The translations under genes and the position numbers were made by a program. Below are positions 1 through 7,277 of a stretch of DNA of 15,840 nt, piece after piece. Location of the stretch: contig JARKSN010000113.1 of assembly GCA_029974275.1 (NCBI GenBank), positions 1 to 15,840 on the forward strand, read 5' to 3'. Position 1 is the stretch's first letter; every line of letters starts with the position of its first letter. The notes beneath the pieces were generated by a model. That model was not told where the DNA came from. It searched no databases and saw nothing but the letters and a program-made list of their open reading frames with translations. The DNA is from Candidatus Hydrogenedentota bacterium (GTDB lineage Bacteria > Hydrogenedentota > Hydrogenedentia > Hydrogenedentales > SLHB01).

Positions 1-2
1 GG

Positions 3-740
3 CGGTACACCTGCCCCGAGCACGGTCCCTTTGAGTCGCGCGGACGTTCGTTGGAGCAACTGGAACGTGCGGAATGGGAAGTGAAATGCCCGACGTGCGG
101 ACGCGATTCGGATAACCTGCTGCTCGAAGAACATATGCACAATCCTTTCAACGCGTACGCCCTCTCGAAACTGTTTGAGGAGATGACGGCATTGCGGTTG
201 GGACGCCTGCACGGCATCCCGGCGACGGCGTTTCGGTATTCGATCACGCAGGGGCCGAGGCAGTCGCTGTACAACAGTTATTCCGGTGTGAATCGCATTT
301 TCTGCCTGCGGCTGTTGCACGATCTGCCGCCGGTGATTTACGAGGACGGCATGCAAAAGCGCGATTATGTGCATATCGACGACGTGGTCGCGGCGAATCT
401 GTTGGCCTTCGATGATCCGCGCACGGATGGCGAGCCGTTCAACGTGGGCAGCGGCCGCGCGACAACGGTGCGCGAGTTCGCCGCCGAATTGACGAAGATG
501 ATGGACAAGGACATCGCGCCGAGCATCCCGGGCGAGTTCCGCATGGGAGACAACCGCCACAGCGTGTCGTCGATCGAGAAGCTAAAGGCACTGGGCTGGG
601 CGCCGAAGAGGACACTCTCGGATATCTTCGCGGATTATCTCGCGTGGATTCAGGGTTTCGGCGACGTGGGCGACTATTTCCGCGAAGCGGACAAGCTGAT
701 GCGCGAGGCTGGCGCCGTGCGCGCGGTGAAGCCGTCGTGA
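3..740 (+). CDS. NAD-dependent epimerase/dehydratase (extended SDR, WbiB-like subfamily), 5'-truncated by the window edge
   Basis: The frame is open from position 3 (RYTCPEHGPFESRGRSLEQLE...), so the track's start at 51 is internal. It has the catalytic YxxxK (YALSK), IYEDGMQKRDYVHIDDVV, FNVGSG and FRMGDNRH C-terminal SDR motifs. Stop TGA 738-740. Confidence 0.88.
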   Translation, partial: RYTCPEHGPFESRGRSLEQLERAEWEVKCPTCGRDSDNLLLEEHMHNPFNAYALSKLFEEMTALRLGRLHGIPATAFRYSITQGPRQSLYNSYSGVNRIFCLRLLHDLPPVIYEDGMQKRDYVHIDDVVAANLLAFDDPRTDGEPFNVGSGRATTVREFAAELTKMMDKDIAPSIPGEFRMGDNRHSVSSIEKLKALGWAPKRTLSDIFADYLAWIQGFGDVGDYFREADKLMREAGAVRAVKPS

Positions 741-1453
741 AACCAATCCGCAAGGCTTTTTTGCTCGCGGCGGGCCTGGGCGTGCGCCTGCGCCCGCTGA
801 CGGATACCGTTCCGAAATGCATGGCGCCGATCAACGGACGGCCCCTGTGCGACTATTGGTTCGCGTTGTGCGAGGCCCACGGCATTGACGAGATTCTGAT
901 GAACACGCACCACTTGCCGGAACTCGTGCGCGAATACGTATCGCGCCTGCGGCGTCGGGTGAGGGTGCAACTTGCACACGAGGAAACCCTGCTGGGCAGC
1001 GCAGGCACGGTGCGCCAGAACGCCGGCTTCGTCGATGGCGAGGACGCTTTTCTGGTCATCTATGCCGACAATCTGTCCAACGCCGACCTATCGCGCGTGA
1101 TGCGTTTTCATGCGTCGCACGGCGCCCCGGCGACGGTGGCCGCGTTTCGTGCGGCATGTCCGAAACAATGCGGCATTCTGGAGATCGACGCGGCGGGACG
1201 CGTGCTGTCTTTCATCGAAAAGCCCGAGAATCCGCAAAGCGATCTCGCCAATGCGGGGCTGTACGCGCTGAACGTCTCGACCATCGACGAGATTCCAAGC
1301 GACAAGCCCGTCGTCGATTTCGGACATGACGTCTTGCCGAAGTTTGTAGGCCGCATGTACGCGATGCCCCTGGAATGCTATCATCTGGATGTCGGCAATC
1401 TGGAGGCATACGAGCAGGCCCAGCGCACCTGCCCTCCGGACATGCCCCAATAA
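737..1453 (+). CDS. Sugar-1-phosphate nucleotidyltransferase (NTP_transferase family, HddC/mannose-1-P guanylyltransferase-like)
   Basis: GTG at 737 overlaps the upstream TGA (GTGA). N-terminal KAFLLAAGLGVRLRPLTDTVPKCM signature, plus LGSAG, YADN, FIEKP, NAGLY and DVG motifs. The track's start at 644 lies inside the previous gene. Confidence 0.88.
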   Translation: MKPIRKAFLLAAGLGVRLRPLTDTVPKCMAPINGRPLCDYWFALCEAHGIDEILMNTHHLPELVREYVSRLRRRVRVQLAHEETLLGSAGTVRQNAGFVDGEDAFLVIYADNLSNADLSRVMRFHASHGAPATVAAFRAACPKQCGILEIDAAGRVLSFIEKPENPQSDLANAGLYALNVSTIDEIPSDKPVVDFGHDVLPKFVGRMYAMPLECYHLDVGNLEAYEQAQRTCPPDMPQ

Positions 1454-1467
1454 AATATGGGAGCGCT

Positions 1468-2568
1468 ATGCGAAACGCTTGGCTGCTAATGCGAGGGCGC
1501 ACGGCCGCAACATTCGCCGCGGTCTTGTTGACGTGGGGAGCGGCCGCCCAACCCGACGCCCTGGACTCCGCGGAAGCGGCAACCGCCGCTGTAGAGGAAG
1601 ATCGCCCCGATATGCCGTTGCAGGTCCGCGCGTTTCAGTCCGGCCTGCGCGTGACGGGCATTTCCGTCGCGCCCCGCGTAACGCTTGCGGAACAAACCGA
1701 TGCGGAAGGCATACGCACCGGCGTGGTCCTCCCCGAATACATGCGGCCGGAGCGTTTTCTTGGCGTGGCGCCGCAACGCCTCCCGCTGGACATGCGGCTG
1801 TTGTGGACGGTCGAAGCGCCGAGCGCTGCACCGATCTCGCCTCGGGATTACGCCGTCGAATTGGTGCACCATCAAGGATACGCTCGCCGACATCAAACGC
1901 AGAACGGTTCCGCCGAGGACTCTTTTCCACAAGACGCGAAGGCCGCCTGTTGGACCGCTCATCGGTTTGCCGCAGCGGCGCACATTCCCCCGGGAGCCTA
2001 CGACGTGCTCGTGACAAAAATGGCCGTGCCCGTGCAGACCGTGCCGCTGGGTCAGATGCTGCTGTGGCCGTCGGCGATCCCCCGTCCGGAAGCGACGGAA
2101 AAACTGACGGAGGCGTTCCCGGGGGCCATCAGCGTGTTCAGCGGCGATGCTGCCTTGACGCGATGGTTTTACATGGCCTTCCCCATTCCGCCGTTGCCGT
2201 TCGCCGCGAGAAAACTGCTGGTGGTGTCCAGCGCCGATTATCTCGAAGACGCCGCGAACGAGACGCCCGTCGCGACCATCACCGTGGAATACGCCTCGGG
2301 ACAGCGCGAGCAGCATGCGTTGCTCCTGGGGCGGCACACCGCATCGACATGGCACCGGTTTCATGCACGCGGTTCCGTGAAACACCGGCAGGCCCCTATA
2401 GCCTGGTCCTGGCGCGTTGTTCAGGAAACCGCTGAATTCGATGCCTGTGCATACAAAGCCGTATTCGATCTGGCCGAATCCGGCCCGCCGCCCGCGAGCC
2501 TCTCGATAGCGTACGACGACGATCGCGAAGGCATTCTCCGTCTCTGGTCCGTGGCCTTCTTGCCCTGA
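1468..2568 (+). CDS. Hypothetical exported protein with predicted signal peptide
   Basis: ATG at 1468 follows a GGGAG RBS, 14 nt after the previous stop. N-terminus MRNAWLLMRGRTAATFAAVLLTWGAAAQ resembles a Sec signal with AAA-Q cleavage. No family recognised. Confidence 0.65.
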   Translation: MRNAWLLMRGRTAATFAAVLLTWGAAAQPDALDSAEAATAAVEEDRPDMPLQVRAFQSGLRVTGISVAPRVTLAEQTDAEGIRTGVVLPEYMRPERFLGVAPQRLPLDMRLLWTVEAPSAAPISPRDYAVELVHHQGYARRHQTQNGSAEDSFPQDAKAACWTAHRFAAAAHIPPGAYDVLVTKMAVPVQTVPLGQMLLWPSAIPRPEATEKLTEAFPGAISVFSGDAALTRWFYMAFPIPPLPFAARKLLVVSSADYLEDAANETPVATITVEYASGQREQHALLLGRHTASTWHRFHARGSVKHRQAPIAWSWRVVQETAEFDACAYKAVFDLAESGPPPASLSIAYDDDREGILRLWSVAFLP

Positions 2569-2598
2569 CCTCGCAACCGACGCAGCAAGGGAAAAATA

Positions 2599-2627
2599 TT
2601 GACAGTATTCACAGGCTATGCTAGACT
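2599..2627 (+). promoter_or_regulatory. Sigma70-type promoter
   Basis: TTGACA (2599-2604), 17-nt spacer, TAGACT (2622-2627), with extended -10 TG at 2619-2620 and an A/T-rich stretch just upstream. Confidence 0.8.
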
Positions 2628-2682
2628 CGAAGGGCGTGGAGGCGTCTTTTTTTTGCCAGCATCATCAAAGGGAGGAGCCCCG

Positions 2683-3066
2683 GTGGAAACCAGGCGAAGC
2701 ATGTGGGTGAAGATGGGGGTCATCGCACTGGCTGTCGCGATAGGCCTGCAAGCGATGCCGGCGCTGGCGCAAAGCTATGACCCGGCGGATGAAATCCCGA
2801 AACCAACAGGATTCGAAAAGGGTCTCACGAAGTTCGGGCGCGGTTTGTCGAACATCATGTTAGGGTGGGCCGAGATTCCGGTGACGTTCGACAAGAAGCT
2901 GAAAGAAGGCAAGCCATTGGGATATCTTTTGGGCGTCGCGCCGGTGTTGGGCGCCGCCCGCGCCTTCATGCGCACCGGAACAGGCGTATTCGAGGCGATT
3001 ACCTTCCCCTTTTCGGATCGAAGCGTCAACTACGAGGCCATACTCAAGCCCGACTATATCTTCTAG
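2683..3066 (+). CDS. Exosortase-system-associated protein, TIGR04073-like
   Basis: GGAGG RBS at 2671-2675 and GTG at 2683. Signal-like N-terminus (ALA-Q) followed by KFGRGLSNIMLGWAEIP...RTGTGVFEAITFPF...P.Y, the pattern recalled for TIGR04073. The track's start at 2599 is the TTG of the -35 box. Confidence 0.72.
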   Translation: METRRSMWVKMGVIALAVAIGLQAMPALAQSYDPADEIPKPTGFEKGLTKFGRGLSNIMLGWAEIPVTFDKKLKEGKPLGYLLGVAPVLGAARAFMRTGTGVFEAITFPFSDRSVNYEAILKPDYIF

Positions 3067-3233
3067 CCTGGATGTTTCACGCGCGCATTGCGCGGGCCGA
3101 AGCATCCTCGCAGCGTAGCCATACGCGATGGCGGCATGATCGTTGTATCGCGGCGACGCCGATCGTCAGAAATGTGCGGCGTGAGAATCTTCGAAAAGAC
3201 GTTCGGCGCGGCAAACGGGCAAAGTCCAGGTTC

Positions 3234-3256
3234 AGCGGGCTTGTGGCCCGTTTTTT
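3234..3256 (+). terminator. Intrinsic terminator candidate
   Basis: AG-CGGGC-ttgtg-GCCCG followed by TTTTTT (3251-3256). Confidence 0.55.
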
Positions 3257-3349
3257 CATGTTGCGCAACGCGCCAGCGCGCGTTGACGCAGGCGCCGATT
3301 TCCCGCTTCCGGGACATCGGCGCGGCACGATGCGGAGGAGCGAATCGTT

Positions 3350-3616
3350 TTGGTCACCTGGGCGCGACAAGGACCTGCCGTAGTCGGAACGCTTTCCGTG
3401 ATGGATGGCCGGATCGGCAAGGTTGTCCTGGTCGGGCCTCGGGCCGCGCCCAAAGGGGCCGTGTTGGTCCTGACGAGCGCGGACGGCTCTTCCGTCGAGA
3501 CACGCCCGCTCGCGGGGCAATGGACCTTGTTGGCTCCGGACCAAGTCATCGACGTGCTTTGCATGCAAGAGCGCGTTTTTGGAGGAGGGCGGCTCGCGCC
3601 GCCTGGCGCGCTGTGA
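3350..3616 (+). CDS. Small hypothetical protein (88 aa, beta-rich), overlapping the HDOD gene start
   Basis: Strong GGAGGAG RBS at 3334-3340, 9 nt before TTG 3350. Its TGA (3614-3616) overlaps the GTG of the next gene (GTGA). Confidence 0.55.
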   Translation: MVTWARQGPAVVGTLSVMDGRIGKVVLVGPRAAPKGAVLVLTSADGSSVETRPLAGQWTLLAPDQVIDVLCMQERVFGGGRLAPPGAL

Positions 3617-4473
3617 GCAAGCAGTATGACATCGAAACGCTTCTGGACGGCATCATCACCCTTCCTAGTCTTCCCCACGTGGTGGAGCGCGTCGATGAAC
3701 TTCTCGGCGATCCCGACCGTTCACTCGGCGAAGTGGGCAAGGTCATCGCCACGGACCCGTCCATCGCCCTCAAAACGTTGCGGCTCGTCAACTCGGCCTA
3801 TTACGGCCTGCAAAATCGCGTCACCTCCGTGGAACACGCCGTCGCGCTCCTAGGCGCGAAGGTCATCAAAAACCTCGTGCTTACCGCCACCGTCTTCGAC
3901 ACCTTCAAGACGACCACCAGCCAAATGCTGCGTCATAGCGTCGCATGCGGGACCGCCATGGGCGTCCTGGCGCGCAGGCACACGCCGCCCCTCGCCGTTA
4001 CGACGGAAGAGGCCTTCGTGTTCGGACTGTTGCACGACATCGGCAAAATCATCATCGAAGAATTCTTGCCGCAAGAATGCGCCGAAGCGCGCGCCCTATG
4101 CGTCGCCCAGCGAATGCCCGAATATCAAGCCGAGCGGATCATCCTCGGCATCGACCACGCCGAGCTGGGATCCCGCCTCGCCGTCAAATGGAAATTGCCT
4201 CCCGCAATCATCGAGGCCATCGCCGGACACCACGATCTTGCCAAATGCCAGGACCCCTCCATGCTCGGTTTCGCCGCCACGTTGTGCATCGCGGACTACA
4301 TCTGCGTGGCGTCGGGCTTTTCCGCCTCCGAATCGGCGATTGCCCTTGTTCCGGATTCTCTATGGAGCGCCGTGTCGTTCACCAGCCTCGACATCCCCGA
4401 CGTGCTGGATGCGTTTTTTGGATCCCTGTCCAGCCTTGACGAACTCGCGAGCGTTGCCGGCGCGGAAGCATGA
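3613..4473 (+). CDS. Stand-alone HDOD-domain protein (HD-related signal transduction)
   Basis: GTG at 3613. Motifs LPSLP, DPSIALKTLRLVNSAYYG, AVALLG, GLLHDIGK, DHAELG, WKLP and AIAGHH are HDOD hallmarks. The track's extension back to 3088 is Arg/Gly-rich and not protein-like. Confidence 0.88.
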   Translation: MSKQYDIETLLDGIITLPSLPHVVERVDELLGDPDRSLGEVGKVIATDPSIALKTLRLVNSAYYGLQNRVTSVEHAVALLGAKVIKNLVLTATVFDTFKTTTSQMLRHSVACGTAMGVLARRHTPPLAVTTEEAFVFGLLHDIGKIIIEEFLPQECAEARALCVAQRMPEYQAERIILGIDHAELGSRLAVKWKLPPAIIEAIAGHHDLAKCQDPSMLGFAATLCIADYICVASGFSASESAIALVPDSLWSAVSFTSLDIPDVLDAFFGSLSSLDELASVAGAEA

Positions 4474-4511
4474 ACGACGGAGCCAGCCGCTCCGCCAGAC
4501 CCGCCCTGCCC

Positions 4512-4541
4512 TTGCGCGGAACGCAGGGTTCCCTCTACAAT
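4512..4541 (+). promoter_or_regulatory. Candidate sigma70 promoter for the RfbE-like gene
   Basis: TTGCGC (4512-4517), 18-nt spacer, TACAAT (4536-4541); GAGGAG RBS upstream of ATG 4609. Confidence 0.45.
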
Positions 4542-4608
4542 CAGCCCCAATCATGCGGCCAAGGGGTCGGTCACGCACAATGCACAACGCCCGGGAAACG
4601 AGGAGTTC

Positions 4609-5640
4609 ATGAAAGTAGCGGTATTCGGCGGCGCAGGATTCATCGGCGGCCATGTGTGTGCACGGTATGCGGAGCAAGGCCACGACGTCGTCGCGTTCGA
4701 TAACTTCTCGCGCAAGGGCGCGCGTGAAAACGCCGCCTGGCTTTGCGAACGGCACCCGCGCCTTGCCATCGTCGAAGGCGACATCCGTTCGGATCATCGC
4801 GCTCTCGACGCATGCGTCCAGAATGCGGACCTGATCTTTCACATGGCAGGGCAAGTGGCCGTCACAACCTCCGTCAAGGATCCGCGCGACGACTTCGAAA
4901 CCAACGCCGCCGGCACGTTCAACCTGCTCGAAGCGGTCCGACGGAACGCCCCGCGCGCGATCATGCTCTACGCGTCGACAAACAAGGTCTACGGCAAGAT
5001 GGAACACGTCCCCGTCGTCGACCAAGGAGCGCGCTACGCCTACGCCGATTGTCCGGACGGCATCGCGGAGACGCAGCCGCTCGATTTCTACTCGCCCTAC
5101 GGCTGTTCGAAGGGATGCGGCGATCAATACGTCCATGATTACGCCCGCATCTACGGGTTGAACACCATCGTCTTTCGGCAAAGCTGCATTTACGGCACGC
5201 GACAATACGGCATCGAAGACCAGGGCTGGGTCGCGTGGTTCACCATCGCGGCGCTGTTTGGAAAACAAATCACCATCTATGGCGACGGCAAGCAAGTGCG
5301 CGACGTTCTGTACATCGACGATCTCTTGGACGCCTACCAAATGGCCATCGATCGGATCGACGTCGCCCGGGGCCGCATCTACAACATCGGCGGCGGCCCG
5401 GCGCACACGCTCTCGCTGTTGGAACTCATCGCGCTCCTCGAACGCGAATTGGATCGTCCCATTGCGCCTCTGTTTGACGATTGGCGCCCCGGCGATCAGC
5501 AAGTGTACGTCAGCGACATACGCCGCGCCCAGGAACAATTCGGGTGGGAACCCCGCGTGGACGCGACGCACGGCGTGCGCAAACTGGCCGCTTGGGCGCG
5601 CGAAAACCAAGCCTTACTGGCGCGCATCCTGGGCGCATGA
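4609..5640 (+). CDS. rfbE: CDP-paratose 2-epimerase (CDP-tyvelose epimerase, RfbE)-like SDR
   Basis: GGAGFIG Rossmann motif, HMAGQVAVTTS, STNKVYG, YGCSKG (YxxxK) and FRQSCIYGTRQYGIEDQGWVAWF, typical of the RfbE subfamily. Actual substrate is not provable from sequence. Confidence 0.8.
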   Translation: MKVAVFGGAGFIGGHVCARYAEQGHDVVAFDNFSRKGARENAAWLCERHPRLAIVEGDIRSDHRALDACVQNADLIFHMAGQVAVTTSVKDPRDDFETNAAGTFNLLEAVRRNAPRAIMLYASTNKVYGKMEHVPVVDQGARYAYADCPDGIAETQPLDFYSPYGCSKGCGDQYVHDYARIYGLNTIVFRQSCIYGTRQYGIEDQGWVAWFTIAALFGKQITIYGDGKQVRDVLYIDDLLDAYQMAIDRIDVARGRIYNIGGGPAHTLSLLELIALLERELDRPIAPLFDDWRPGDQQVYVSDIRRAQEQFGWEPRVDATHGVRKLAAWARENQALLARILGA

Positions 5641-5660
5641 CGCCAAACAGGCGCCGCCGC

Positions 5661-5689
5661 TTGCTGTGTCGGGAGAAATGTGATACATA
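5661..5689 (+). promoter_or_regulatory. Candidate extended -10 promoter upstream of the 30-aa ORF
   Basis: TTGCTG (5661-5666), 17-nt spacer ending TGTGA, then TACATA (5684-5689). The -10 is imperfect. Confidence 0.35.
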
Positions 5690-5744
5690 GACATGGACGC
5701 GCAGTCCGTAGCCTCAGGCAAAACGTAACGAAGGAGAACTCATC

Positions 5745-5837
5745 ATGAAACACCTCAAAGCCGCATCGCAGACGCGAACCCTTCCCAAAAAAGCAGCGAT
5801 CTCGGGATCGGACAGTAAATGCTCCTGCAAAAACTGA
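5745..5837 (+). CDS. Small basic peptide, 30 aa (MKHLKAASQTRTLPKKAAISGSDSKCSCKN)
   Basis: AAGGAG RBS at 5731-5736, 8 nt before ATG 5745; TGA 5835-5837. Too short for the supplied ORF track. Confidence 0.55.
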   Translation: MKHLKAASQTRTLPKKAAISGSDSKCSCKN

Positions 5838-5938
5838 CCGGATCGCTCTTTCTTCGTCCCGCGCGCTGAAACCGTTGACTCCCCACGCATGCGACCTATG
5901 CCGAAAAGCTTGTCGCCTGCGGGAAGCAATGCGGGGTA

Positions 5939-5964
5939 GCGTCCTGACCGACGCGTTCTTTTTT
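5939..5964 (+). terminator. Weak intrinsic terminator candidate
   Basis: GCGTC-ctgacc-GACGC followed by GTTCTTTTTT. Confidence 0.35.
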
Positions 5965-5982
5965 GCGAGTCGCGCCGAGATT

Positions 5983-6004
5983 GCGCCCGGTCTCCGCCCG
6001 GCGC
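5983..6004 (+). repeat. Degenerate copy of the REP-like palindrome
   Basis: GCGCCCGGTCTC (5983-5994) matches the 15756-15781 copy; 5983-5993 is the exact reverse complement of 6123-6133. Confidence 0.4.
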
Positions 6005-6110
6005 CTCAAGAATGTTCGCCCCGAAAAGAAAGACCGCGAAAAAGAACCTGAAAACGCTTTGCGGAAAACGTCGGCCATAGTTCTGCTTAAACGGCTCTCA
6101 AACACAAGAA

Positions 6111-6136
6111 CGCCCGGCACGAAGACCGGGCGCTAC
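6111..6136 (-). repeat. GTAG-type REP-like palindrome, probably also the terminator of the lpx operon
   Basis: Minus strand reads GTAG-CGCCCGG-tcttcgtg-CCGGGCG followed by TTCTTGTGTTT. 24/26 identical to the copy at 15756-15781; about 70 nt after the lpxC stop. Confidence 0.7.
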
Positions 6137-6206
6137 GTATTGCGAGGAGCTTTAGGCTTCCCAACACAGACTACAAACGTATGCAAAGAATGAATCGGTC
6201 AGGGCG

Positions 6207-7118
6207 CTAGACACGCATTGCGCTAACGCGTGCGATGTAGGCTGGCGCCCGCGCCGGAACCGCCGTCGGCGCGATATCCATGCTCTCGCGAAGGCGCCGC
6301 GAAAATGCGATGTGCGAAGCGTGACCCGCCCGCGCCGCCGTGATGTGCCCCGTCAGCGGCTTTCCCAAAAGATAGATATCGCCCAATAAATCGAGGATTT
6401 TGTGGCGGACAAACTCGTCCGGGAAACGCAAGTCGTCGTTGAGCACGCCGTCATCCCCGATCACGATGCTGTTGTCCAGACTGACGCCCTTGATGACCCC
6501 CTGGTCCCGCAACTTGCGCATGTGACATAGGAACCCGAAGGTGCGCGCCGGGGCCAATTCTTCTTCGAACGTTTCCGGCCGAATGACCACCGAGGCGTGC
6601 TGCGCGCCCACCGAGGGGTGATCGAAACGAATGCCCATGCTGATGCGCAAATCGTCGCCCGGCTCAATGGACAAACTCACGTCTTCCCGATGGTAGCGAA
6701 TGCGCCGGGGCGTTGCGAGCAGTCTCCGGGGCCGGTCCTGCATGGCGACGCCCGCCCGTTTCAGGGCCCGCACAAAGGGCAACGCGCTTCCATCCATCCC
6801 GGGCACTTCGGGCGCATCGACGTCCACGTTCAAATTGTCGATGCCCAAGCCCGCCAAAGCCGCCAAGATGTGCTCGACCGTGTTGACAATCACCCCGTTC
6901 CGGCCCAGCGCCGTCCGCAGGGTCGTGCTGACCACGTGGTCCATGTCCGCCTCGATCGCGGGAGCGCCCGGCAAATCGACCCGGTAGAACGTCACGCCGC
7001 TATCGGGGGCAGCGGGACGAAATGTCACGGTGGACAAAACGCCCGTATGGAGACCAATGCCCGAGACAGACGCCGGACGAGCAATGGTCCGTTGCAATAC
7101 TACTGTGTTATCGATCAT
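6207..7118 (-). CDS. lpxC: UDP-3-O-acyl-N-acetylglucosamine deacetylase, stand-alone paralog
   Basis: QRTI...GIGLHTG, TVEHILAAL (catalytic Glu and Zn His), PGMDGSA, APARTFGF, RFPDEFVRHKILDLLGD (HKxxD) and AGHASH. Confidence 0.92.
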   Translation of the reverse strand: MIDNTVVLQRTIARPASVSGIGLHTGVLSTVTFRPAAPDSGVTFYRVDLPGAPAIEADMDHVVSTTLRTALGRNGVIVNTVEHILAALAGLGIDNLNVDVDAPEVPGMDGSALPFVRALKRAGVAMQDRPRRLLATPRRIRYHREDVSLSIEPGDDLRISMGIRFDHPSVGAQHASVVIRPETFEEELAPARTFGFLCHMRKLRDQGVIKGVSLDNSIVIGDDGVLNDDLRFPDEFVRHKILDLLGDIYLLGKPLTGHITAARAGHASHIAFSRRLRESMDIAPTAVPARAPAYIARVSAMRV

Positions 7119-7143
7119 TCCTTCCGCTCCGCCGACGCGCCAT

Positions 7144-7277
7144 ACGGCCCGCCGATCTTTCCGCTTCGCTATCCGCTTGCCATTCCCGGCGCCTCTTCAC
7201 GCACAAGACGCGCCGCAACCTCCCCATCGCGATCCGGGATCTCCTCCGTGCTCTGCGCGGGAACGGCCCGCCGATCT
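7144..7277. repeat. 15-bp perfect direct repeat ACGGCCCGCCGATCT at 7144-7158 and 7263-7277
   Basis: Read directly from the sequence. The second copy overlaps the TAG stop of lpxC/fabZ. Confidence 0.8.

Noticed and set aside
3283..3311. TTGACG as a -35 box for the HDOD pair
   Set aside because: No plausible -10 at 16-18 nt spacing.
3088..3612. N-terminal extension of the HDOD ORF to 461 aa
   Set aside because: Arg/Gly-rich and not protein-like; it spans a terminator and a better-supported ORF in another frame. HDOD similarity begins after GTG 3613.
4569..4579. GGTCACGCACA resembling the 5' end of a c-di-GMP-I riboswitch
   Set aside because: The following GGCAAA, GAAA stem and P3 elements are absent, and only about 30 nt remain before the start codon.
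4360..5610. 416-aa antisense ORF over rfbE (likewise 11209-12381, 13965-15215, 1486-2385, 1389-2435)
   Set aside because: Shadow ORFs expected in GC-rich DNA with biased third codon positions; they overlap well-supported genes and show no recognisable motifs.
5875..5939. TTGACT -35, a 13-codon ORF and GC-rich hairpins suggesting an sRNA
   Set aside because: Poor -10, no RBS and no recognisable RNA family; such pairing is common in GC-rich DNA.
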